Of a stretch of 64,000 bases of DNA, positions 56,352 to 64,000 are shown one piece after another. The notes under the pieces are model-generated. The model saw only the letters and a list, made by a program, of their open reading frames with translations. It did not search any database and was not told the DNA's origin. Every line of letters starts with the position of its first letter. Position 1 is the stretch's first letter. This DNA is from an uncultured Bacilli bacterium (lineage in GTDB: Bacteria > Bacillota_I > Bacilli_A > RF39 > UBA660): assembly GCA_934155185.1 (NCBI GenBank), contig CAKPGT010000004.1, forward strand, positions 31,910-95,909, written 5' to 3'. The translations under genes and the position numbers were made by a program.

Positions 56352-58145
56352 ATGAAAGAAAATAAAATTAGAGACATTATAAAATCAAAAGTATCAATAA
56401 TAAATAATCAAAAAATATTATCATATGATATATTAGATAAAATGCTTACTTCTAATATTATAAGTGAAGATGATATGGATTTGGTAATGACTATATTAGA
56501 AAAAGAGGAAATTGAATTAGAAGAGACTTTATCTATTAAAGAAGATTATTCAGTCAATGACTTAACTGATGATGGGATAAAAGATTATTTGAAATGGATT
56601 TCAAGGTATCCACTATTAGATAGAGATGAAGAAGTTTTTTATGCATCATTAATGGAGGATGGTAAAACCGAGGACGAAAGGAAAACTGCTAAGGAAAAAT
56701 TAATAAATTCAAATTTGAGATTAGTTGTTTCAATTGCTAAAAAGTATACAAATAGTGGAGTACAATTTAATGATTTGATACAGGATGGTAACCAAGGACT
56801 TATAACGGCAATTGATAAATATGATTATAAAAAGGGTTATAAACTATCTACATATGCAACATGGTGGATAAGGCAGAGCATTACTAGAAGTATTTGTAAT
56901 TGTTCCAGAACAGTTAGAATTCCTGTTCATGCATATGAAAGATTTGGTGAAGTAAAAAAAATATACGACGATTATGCTGATAAATATGATTTAAAATTAG
57001 GCTCTTATGAATTAGCACTGCTATTGTGCAATAAAAACAGATACAAGAAAGTTATAGCTGAGAATGAATGCATTTCTTTTGAAGAAATTGAGACGGTATT
57101 AAAGAAACTATTTGATAAATTTCAAGTTGATAAAATAGCATCAGATATGAATTTAGACAAAGAAATTGTATATAGCATTAATTCGTATGTAGAAAGAATA
57201 TCAAAAAATATAAACGATATTTTAATTGCTGATAATATTACATCGTTAGATTCACAATTAAAAGATGATAATGATTCGGTTTTAGGTGATTTTGTATCAG
57301 ACGATAAAACACCTGATGTTTATAAAGATTCTGAAGACAAAAGTATAATGGAATTTTTAAACACTCTATTGGAAGAACATTATTTAAGTAAAACGCAAGC
57401 ATATAACTATTCAAAAAAACAGATGGACACTGTAATGAAGTTCGGTATAGCATACAATAAATTTCTGACTTTTGGAGAAGAAAAAAATAATGATAAGGAA
57501 GATATGCTAATTAATCTTGAGAGTATGAATAAAGCTCTTAATAATGTAATCACATACTTAGATGTTAAGCAAAAAACTTTAAAAATTAAAAACAAATTTA
57601 ATAATATTTTAACTAGCCTTTTAAAAACATCGGAAATTGATAGGTTATCAATAAGAAACATTGTTAATGCAATAGACAATAGTTTTGCATTTGATGTATC
57701 TTCATTGATTTCAGAAGACTCTGATTATGTTTTGCTTAATGAATTTAAAATATCATATATAAATCATATAATAAATTGTTTAAGTGATCTAAAAATTTCT
57801 AGTGAACATTTGATTTTAGCTTTTAAAGGATATTATGATAATGATGAAGATTTATACAAGGTTAAAAAAAGTTCTAATGGTATAGAGGAAAATTATAAAA
57901 TATACAAAGCATCATATAGCGGTATGCGAGCTATAGAGATCATTAGAAATAGAATTTTAGAACCAGAATATTATTCACTAGTTAGGCTTGGAAATAAATT
58001 TTCTATTACGAGAGAGAGGGTTAGGCAAATAGAACAGAAAGGTCTACGTTATTTAAGTAGACAAAAACCTCTTCGTGAATTATTAAATGTTCAAAGTGAC
58101 AATAGTAATTCTAATACCCCGTATGCAAAAAGAATGACAAAATAA
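56352..58145 (+). CDS. sigma-70 family factor (group 1/2-like regions 1.2-3.2 and 4.2) with a large non-conserved insertion
   Basis: Region 2: [65 protein letters not shown]. Region 3.0: RTVRIPVH. Region 3.2-like: [21 protein letters not shown]. Region 4.2: [19 protein letters not shown]. At 597 aa it is much longer than typical Firmicute SigA. Confidence 0.8.
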   Translation: MKENKIRDIIKSKVSIINNQKILSYDILDKMLTSNIISEDDMDLVMTILEKEEIELEETLSIKEDYSVNDLTDDGIKDYLKWISRYPLLDRDEEVFYASLMEDGKTEDERKTAKEKLINSNLRLVVSIAKKYTNSGVQFNDLIQDGNQGLITAIDKYDYKKGYKLSTYATWWIRQSITRSICNCSRTVRIPVHAYERFGEVKKIYDDYADKYDLKLGSYELALLLCNKNRYKKVIAENECISFEEIETVLKKLFDKFQVDKIASDMNLDKEIVYSINSYVERISKNINDILIADNITSLDSQLKDDNDSVLGDFVSDDKTPDVYKDSEDKSIMEFLNTLLEEHYLSKTQAYNYSKKQMDTVMKFGIAYNKFLTFGEEKNNDKEDMLINLESMNKALNNVITYLDVKQKTLKIKNKFNNILTSLLKTSEIDRLSIRNIVNAIDNSFAFDVSSLISEDSDYVLLNEFKISYINHIINCLSDLKISSEHLILAFKGYYDNDEDLYKVKKSSNGIEENYKIYKASYSGMRAIEIIRNRILEPEYYSLVRLGNKFSITRERVRQIEQKGLRYLSRQKPLRELLNVQSDNSNSNTPYAKRMTK

Positions 58146-58201
58146 TTATTGAATTTATTTATATATTATGGTAAAATTAACATTGTTAAGGAGGAATTAT
58201 T

Positions 58202-58414
58202 ATGCTTACATTATTAATGGTAGTATCAATTCTACTTATTATCATTGTTTTACTTCAAAGTGGTAAAGCAGAAAGCACAGGTAATATTATTACTGGTGGT
58301 AATTCTGATTTGTTTATGAACCGTAAAGAACGTGGCGGTGAACTTTTTATAACTAGACTTACTTATGTATTAGGTATTGCATTTTTCATTTTATGTATAA
58401 TTATAGACATGTAA
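58202..58414 (+). CDS. secG: preprotein translocase subunit SecG
   Basis: LLIIIVLLQSGKAESTGNIITGG, two TM helices, 70 aa. Confidence 0.88.
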   Translation: MLTLLMVVSILLIIIVLLQSGKAESTGNIITGGNSDLFMNRKERGGELFITRLTYVLGIAFFILCIIIDM

Positions 58415-58478
58415 TTTAAAAAAGGCTTTGTAGAAGTCTTTTTTTGTTTTATAATATAAGTATAGGGAAGGTGCATTT

Positions 58479-60617
58479 ATGAAAGATAAAATATTAAATG
58501 TTTTAAGAAGAGAAGATAAGGCATATACCTTAAACGAACTAAGTGACGCTATTGGTATATATACTACTGAGGAAACTGAAGAGCTTTTGAGTATTTTAAA
58601 TGAATTAGAAAATAATTTAACTATATATCATACTAATAAGGACAAATATATGGCACTTGAATTTAGTCACTTGAAAAAAGGAAAAATAGAAGTTTCTCAA
58701 AAAGGTTATGGCTTTGTTTTAATGGAAGATGAAGAAGATATACATATTAGTTATGAGAATCTAAATGGTGCTATAGATGGAGACTTTGTTATAGCTGAGA
58801 TTATTAACAAAAATACAGGTGCAAAAAAAGAAGGACGTATCCTTAGAATTGCATCAAGAAATTATGGTGTTATTGTTGGTGAGTATAGATATAACGATGG
58901 AAAACCAACTGTTATACCTAATGACAAGAAATTGAAACAAAAAATAGTATTAACAAATGAAAGTACCAAAAATGCAGTAGATGGACATATAGTTGTTTTA
59001 AATGTATTAAAAGAACTTGATAGACATACTATATTAGCTGAAATAACTACTATTATAGGTCATAAAAATGATGTTGGTGTTGACGTTGAATCAATTGTAT
59101 ATAAGCATATGTTTTCACCAAAATTTCCTGAGGATGTATTAAAAGAAGCTGATGAAATTCCAAATGAAGTAAGAGATGAAGATAAAGTAGGAAGACGCGA
59201 TTTAACAGATTTAACTATATTTACAATAGATGGAGATGATACTAAGGATATTGATGATGCTATATCAATTAAAAAGCTTAAGAATGGTAATTATGAATTA
59301 GGGGTTCATATTGCTGATGTATCATATTATGTAAAACCAGGTACTAAATTATATGATGAGGCATATGAAAGAGGTACAAGTGTATATTTAGTTGATAGAG
59401 TTATTCCTATGTTACCACATAAATTATCAAATGGTATTTGTTCACTAAACCCTAATGTTGAAAGATTAGCACAAAGCTGTGTAATGGAGATAGATAATAA
59501 GGGAAAAGTTGTATCACATGAAATATTTGAAAGTGTAATAAAATCAAGAATTCAAATGACATATAACAAAGTAAATAAATGGTTAGATGAGAAAATAGTA
59601 GAAGATGGATATGAAGATTTTAAAGATGATTTAACTTTAATGAAAGAATTAGCGGATATTTTAAGAGAAAGTAGAAAAAGAAGAGGTGCTATAGATTTTG
59701 ATACTGATGAGGCAAAAATCATTGCAGATGATAAAGGAAAACCTATAGATGTAGTATTGAGAAATAGAGCATCTGGAGAAAAGATGATAGAAGACTTTAT
59801 GATAGTAGCTAATGAAACAGTTGCATCACATATCTTTTATATGGAACTTCCTTTTGTATATCGTGTTCATGGTACACCTAAGGAAGAAAAGGTAAATGAT
59901 TTCTTAAACTTTATTGGAATGCTAGGTTATAAGATAACTGGGAAGGTAAATATTAAATACCCGTCATCAATTGAAAATGTGCTTGTTCAGTTAAAAGACA
60001 AAAAAGAATATAAAATATTGTCTTCACTTATGTTAAGAGCTATGCAAAAAGCAGTTTATCAAACTGATAATATAGGGCATTTTGGATTAGCAAGTAAGAT
60101 ATATACTCATTTTACATCACCAATTAGAAGATTTCCTGATACAACAGTTCATAGATTATTAAGAACATATCTTTATGAAAATGATGAATCTAAGAAAACC
60201 ATAGAGTATTTCAAAGATTATCTACCTATGCTAGCAGATCACGCATCATTAAAAGAAAGAGATGCTATCGAGTGTGAGAGGGAAGTTGAAGATATGAAAA
60301 TGGCAGAGTATATGATGGACCATGTTGGTGAGGAGTTTACCGGCATGATAAGTGGTGTAACCTCATTTGGAATGTTTGTTGAACTTCCTAACATGATAGA
60401 AGGACTAATTCATATAACTGATATTCCGGGAGATTATTATAATTATGATGAAAGAACTATGTCACTTATAGGACAAAGAACTAAAAAAAGATACAGAATA
60501 GGTGATGAAGTAACTGTAATATGTAAGAGTGCTTCTAAGGAGGAATCATTTATTGATTTTGAAATAAAAAAGGAGAAAGTAGAAGATGAACAAGGCAGTG
60601 AAGAAAAGGAAACTTAA
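58479..60617 (+). CDS. rnr: ribonuclease R
   Basis: RNB domain motifs (FTIDGDDTKDIDDAISI; HFGLA...YTHFTSPIRRFPD) and a C-terminal S1 domain (FTGMISGVTSFGMFVEL). Confidence 0.95.
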   Translation: MKDKILNVLRREDKAYTLNELSDAIGIYTTEETEELLSILNELENNLTIYHTNKDKYMALEFSHLKKGKIEVSQKGYGFVLMEDEEDIHISYENLNGAIDGDFVIAEIINKNTGAKKEGRILRIASRNYGVIVGEYRYNDGKPTVIPNDKKLKQKIVLTNESTKNAVDGHIVVLNVLKELDRHTILAEITTIIGHKNDVGVDVESIVYKHMFSPKFPEDVLKEADEIPNEVRDEDKVGRRDLTDLTIFTIDGDDTKDIDDAISIKKLKNGNYELGVHIADVSYYVKPGTKLYDEAYERGTSVYLVDRVIPMLPHKLSNGICSLNPNVERLAQSCVMEIDNKGKVVSHEIFESVIKSRIQMTYNKVNKWLDEKIVEDGYEDFKDDLTLMKELADILRESRKRRGAIDFDTDEAKIIADDKGKPIDVVLRNRASGEKMIEDFMIVANETVASHIFYMELPFVYRVHGTPKEEKVNDFLNFIGMLGYKITGKVNIKYPSSIENVLVQLKDKKEYKILSSLMLRAMQKAVYQTDNIGHFGLASKIYTHFTSPIRRFPDTTVHRLLRTYLYENDESKKTIEYFKDYLPMLADHASLKERDAIECEREVEDMKMAEYMMDHVGEEFTGMISGVTSFGMFVELPNMIEGLIHITDIPGDYYNYDERTMSLIGQRTKKRYRIGDEVTVICKSASKEESFIDFEIKKEKVEDEQGSEEKET

Positions 60618-61743
60618 AAAGTGGGTTAAATTTGTAATATTATTACTAATTTTGGCTATTATTTGTCTTTTTGCTTTAATTGTTATGAATAAAGATAAAA
60701 CCACGTATAAACATGATAGTAGGGTTAAAACAACTACGAAAACAACAAAAGAAGAAAAAAATGAATTTTCTATGGTTATGGTTGGTGATTGCTTAATACA
60801 CAGATTTGTATATGAAGATGCCTTTTTAGGTAATAATACATATTCTTTTGATAAAATGTTTACAGAAGTTGAACCACTTATAAAAAATCATGATCTGGCT
60901 TATTATAATCAAGAAAGTACAATTGGTGGTAAAGCTCTTGGTTTGTCTGCTTACCCAAGATTTAATTCTCCAGAAGAAATTGGCGACAGTATGGTTAATT
61001 TAGGATTTAATTTAGTTAGTTTAGCTAATAATCATACAATGGATAAAGGAGAAGTAGGAGTAACTAATTCAGTTAACTATTGGAAAACTAAGCCAGGCGT
61101 TTATTATACGGGGCAAGCATTATCAAATGAAGATAGAGAAAGTAATATTAAGGTATTAGAAAAAAATGGTATTAAGTATGCGTTTTTCTCTTATACCACG
61201 GTTACTAACGGCTTATTACCACCATCTGGCAAAGAGTATTTAACTAATATATATTCTAAAGAAAAAGTGCAAAATGATATAAACAAGGTTAAGGATAAAA
61301 CAGACATGATTATTGTAGCTATGCACTGGGGTGAAGAGTACACTACAGTTCCTAATGCAAGTCAAAAGCAGATAGCTAAAGATTTATCTAATATGGGTGT
61401 TAATCTAATAATAGGTAATCATGCCCATTCAATTCAACCAGTAGAAATGATTAATGATACGCTAGTTTTTTACGCACTAGGTAACTTCATTTCAGCTCAA
61501 AATACAGTGGATAAACAAACAGGAGCGTTAGCAAGTTTAATTGTTAAGAAAGAAAAAGATGGTAAAATAACATTTAATAATATTAAAATGAATATTTTAT
61601 ATACATATTTCAAAAACGCACGTAATTTTAAGGTATATCCATATACAAAATTGAATGATAGCCTTTTAAATAATTATCAAGTATATTATAATAAATATAA
61701 ATCAGTTCTTTTGAAATATACTGATAAGATAGAGGTTGAATAA
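60586..61743 (+). CDS. CapA-family (PGA_cap metallophosphatase-like) membrane-anchored protein
   Basis: N-terminal TM segment. [17 protein letters not shown] and HWGEEY are CapA-type motifs. Overlaps the rnr end by 32 nt. Confidence 0.8.
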   Translation: MNKAVKKRKLKKWVKFVILLLILAIICLFALIVMNKDKTTYKHDSRVKTTTKTTKEEKNEFSMVMVGDCLIHRFVYEDAFLGNNTYSFDKMFTEVEPLIKNHDLAYYNQESTIGGKALGLSAYPRFNSPEEIGDSMVNLGFNLVSLANNHTMDKGEVGVTNSVNYWKTKPGVYYTGQALSNEDRESNIKVLEKNGIKYAFFSYTTVTNGLLPPSGKEYLTNIYSKEKVQNDINKVKDKTDMIIVAMHWGEEYTTVPNASQKQIAKDLSNMGVNLIIGNHAHSIQPVEMINDTLVFYALGNFISAQNTVDKQTGALASLIVKKEKDGKITFNNIKMNILYTYFKNARNFKVYPYTKLNDSLLNNYQVYYNKYKSVLLKYTDKIEVE

Positions 61744-62189
61744 TGATTGAAATAAAAAATAGAAAAGCAAATTTTGATTTCTTTATTGAAGAAACGTATG
61801 AGTGCGGAATAGTTTTAACAGGAACAGAGATTAAATCTATTAGAAAAGGCAGCGCTAATTTAAAAGATAGCTATGCAAGAATTAAAAACGGTGAAGTCTT
61901 TTTAATTAATATGTTTATAAGTACATATGAAGAGGGAAACAGATTTAACCATGATGAAAGAAGAGAAAGAAAACTCTTATTAAAAAAGAAGGAAATCCAT
62001 AAGATAAGAGATAAGATAGAAAAAGAAGGTTATTCTCTAGTCCCTGTTAAATTATATTTAAAAAATGGAAGAGCGAAGATTTTACTTGGAGTAGCTAGAG
62101 GGAAAAAACTCTATGATAAAAGGGCTTCTATTAAGGAAAAAGATATAAAAAGGGATACTCAAAAAACAATTTCATGGTATAATAAATAG
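61743..62189 (+). CDS. smpB: SsrA-binding protein SmpB
   Basis: [29 protein letters not shown]...[10 protein letters not shown]. Confidence 0.95.
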   Translation: MIEIKNRKANFDFFIEETYECGIVLTGTEIKSIRKGSANLKDSYARIKNGEVFLINMFISTYEEGNRFNHDERRERKLLLKKKEIHKIRDKIEKEGYSLVPVKLYLKNGRAKILLGVARGKKLYDKRASIKEKDIKRDTQKTISWYNK

Positions 62190-62209
62190 CACGAAAGGAG
62201 TGCCTTATT

Positions 62210-62524
62210 GTGAGAAAAAATAAAAAGATTTCTACAAAGAACTTATATATTGGAAGAATTGTTAGATATAAAGCTTTTGATTATACAAAGTATACATTAG
62301 AAGAGCTCAATCCACCATTATATACTATCGTTAGAACAGACGGTTATATTGGTGTTAAGGATATTTTTAATGAAACTTATTATACCATGGAACATTTTGG
62401 AAACAGTGGTCGTATGGTAGCTGTTTTAGAACAACCAATAATTACTAATGATGGTAAAATTAGATATAAAGATGCAGAAGAAATTCTAGAAAAATACAAA
62501 GAAAAAGTAAAAACTAAGAACTAG
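62210..62524 (+). CDS. hypothetical protein (104 aa)
   Basis: GTG start 9 nt after AAAGGAG. A terminator follows. I recognise no family. Confidence 0.5.
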   Translation: MRKNKKISTKNLYIGRIVRYKAFDYTKYTLEELNPPLYTIVRTDGYIGVKDIFNETYYTMEHFGNSGRMVAVLEQPIITNDGKIRYKDAEEILEKYKEKVKTKN

Positions 62525-62538
62525 CTGTTCTTTTTTTT
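62516..62538 (+). terminator. terminator
   Basis: AAGAAC (62516-62521) pairs with GTTCTT (62527-62532), followed by a T-run. The stop codon lies in the loop. Confidence 0.65.
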
Positions 62539-62625
62539 ATAATTTTTCTTTATATAAGTTATAAAAAATAAGTATTTTACATATCACATCATTCTTGTTA
62601 GACTAAAGTTGAAAGAGGTGATATT

Positions 62626-63624
62626 GTGGATATATATAAGGTTGTATTTACTGGGGGTCCATGCTCAGGAAAAAGTAAAACAGTTAGTGAGATGAAAAAA
62701 AGACTTGAAGAAGATGGATATGATGTGGTTTTAGTTTCTGAGACTGCACGTGAATTAGATGAATATAGAAAAGGATTATATAACAACAATAAAGATGTAA
62801 AATTATATCAACAGATGATTTTAGATTTTCAGTCTTTAAAGGAAAGATGCGCATATATTTATGCAAAAAACATTTATTGCTTAAAACCAGTTGTAATTCT
62901 TTTTGATAGAGCAATTCTTGATAATAGAGCATATTTAGAAAATGATGAAATATTTGATAATATGCTTTCTAAAAAGGGTTTAAATGAAATAGAAATAGCA
63001 AATAGTTATGACTTAGTAATTAATTTTATTTCATTGTCGTCATTAAGGCCTGATTTATATAAAAGCGATAATGAAAGAATTGAAGATACAAGGGCTGCAG
63101 CTGAACTTGATAGAAAAACTTCAGAGGCGTGGATGACTAGTGAAAATATGATAATAATTAAACCTACTGATAATATAAATGAAAAATATAACATAGTATA
63201 TGAAAAAATAAAGGATTTAATAGATAATAAGGCATATAAAAAAGGAAATGATGTTGGTTACAATATATCTGATATACCTCAATATGAACATGTCAAAAAT
63301 ACGAAGACAGTAAGTATAGATGAATACATGGTTAAAGTACATGAGTTATGTAAGCTTAGAAAAATAGGATATAAGGATAGCAACGCGTATCTTCTAAGAA
63401 AGATTATAATTGATGAGGAAGGCAGTATGCTTGAATGCAGAAATAAGAGCATAAACGAAAGTACATTTAACTATATATTAGAAAATAGTGAACTTAAGGA
63501 AAATAAGTCATATCAAAGATTAAATTATATAGATGATGATTTTAACTTAATAAGAATCGATTATAATGATGAAATGGAAAAAAACATAGATGATAATAGC
63601 TTATGTTTAGTATTAAAAAAGTAA
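62626..63624 (+). CDS. P-loop NTPase (AAA_28/NadR-kinase-like N-terminal domain) with an uncharacterised C-terminal domain
   Basis: GTG start after AAGAGGTG. Walker A FTGGPCSGKSKT. VLVSETAREL and FDRAILDNRAY resemble AAA_28-type ATPases. I do not recognise the C-terminal 130 aa or so. Confidence 0.6.
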   Translation: MDIYKVVFTGGPCSGKSKTVSEMKKRLEEDGYDVVLVSETARELDEYRKGLYNNNKDVKLYQQMILDFQSLKERCAYIYAKNIYCLKPVVILFDRAILDNRAYLENDEIFDNMLSKKGLNEIEIANSYDLVINFISLSSLRPDLYKSDNERIEDTRAAAELDRKTSEAWMTSENMIIIKPTDNINEKYNIVYEKIKDLIDNKAYKKGNDVGYNISDIPQYEHVKNTKTVSIDEYMVKVHELCKLRKIGYKDSNAYLLRKIIIDEEGSMLECRNKSINESTFNYILENSELKENKSYQRLNYIDDDFNLIRIDYNDEMEKNIDDNSLCLVLKK

Positions 63625-63661
63625 GAAATATGTTAATATATATTTATTAGTGGAGGATGTT

Positions 63662-64000
63662 ATGGGTATATTTGATAATGATGGTGATTTTAATAAGTAT
63701 CGTGTATTTTATGCAGTTGGTTTATGTAAAAGCTTTTCTAAAGCTACAGAATACTTACATATATCGCAACCAGCTATAAGTTATGCAATTAAGGATTTGG
63801 AAAGTCAGTTAAACACAAAACTATTTATAAGAAATAATAAGTCAGTTACTTTGACAGAGGCTGGAGAAAAACTTATGTATTATGTTAGTAAAGCTTTTGA
63901 TAATATTAATATGGGTGAAAGAACTTTAAAAGAAAATAAGGATGATTTAACAGGCATAATACGAATAGGTATATATACTCACATTTCGCTATTTATGCTT
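63662..64000 (+). CDS. LysR-family transcriptional regulator, N-terminal part (runs off the window)
   Basis: My translation is MGIFDNDGDFNKYRVFYAVGLCKSFSKATEYLHISQPAISYAIKDLESQLNTKLFIRNNKSVTLTEAGEKL..., a typical LysR winged-HTH. GGAGGA SD. No stop before the window end. Confidence 0.85.
   Translation, partial: MGIFDNDGDFNKYRVFYAVGLCKSFSKATEYLHISQPAISYAIKDLESQLNTKLFIRNNKSVTLTEAGEKLMYYVSKAFDNINMGERTLKENKDDLTGIIRIGIYTHISLFML

Noticed and set aside
62190-62625. Search for tmRNA (ssrA) downstream of smpB
   Set aside because: The space is filled by a 104-aa ORF plus a spacer of about 100 nt. There is no GGGG...tRNA-like 5-prime end, tag reading frame or CCA-proximal acceptor arm.

Overview
AT-rich chromosomal segment from a low-GC, apparently spore-forming Firmicute. 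Sporulation genes present are yabG, veg, yabP, yabQ, divIC, sigH and spoIIR. An RNAP delta subunit, mini-RNase III and a FemABX-type enzyme suggest a Bacilli/Erysipelotrichia-like lineage (inference). Almost all genes are on the + strand; only a class A PBP and a FemABX gene are on the - strand.

The core content is housekeeping:
- mrnC-rlmB-sigH-secE-nusG-rplKAJL, then rpoB-rpoC
- tilS-ftsH
- argS-rpoE(delta)-prfA ... prmC
- fba-murA, rpmE
- rpsL-rpsG-fusA-tuf
- nfeD/SPFH, eno, secG-rnr-capA-smpB

I saw no rRNA, tRNA, tmRNA, CRISPR array, transposase or integrase.

Accessory or unusual content, in my order of interest:
1. A compact cassette at 557-2730, bracketed by about 100-bp direct repeats. 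It encodes a GNAT-radical SAM/SPASM fusion enzyme translationally coupled (ATGA overlap) to an unlisted 49-codon ORF. The acidic C-terminus of that ORF carries two overlapping Cys-x3-Asp motifs. This is a candidate minimal, undescribed RiPP (ranthipeptide-like) system.
2. A self-contained, tightly coupled four-gene operon of unknown function at 28022-32628. One product ends in a RelE/ParE-like domain and two contain mTERF-like helical repeats.
3. Two genes inserted into, and coupled with, the prfA-prmC operon: an alkaline-phosphatase-superfamily protein and a 591-aa unknown.
4. An overlapping pair of giant surface-protein genes, one of which has a possible thioester domain.
5. A sigma-70 paralog with a roughly 170-aa insertion before region 4.
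6. Two genes (sigH and an MntP/YtaF-like gene) that seem to need AUU/AUC initiation.

All family assignments are made by eye from motifs; no database search was possible.
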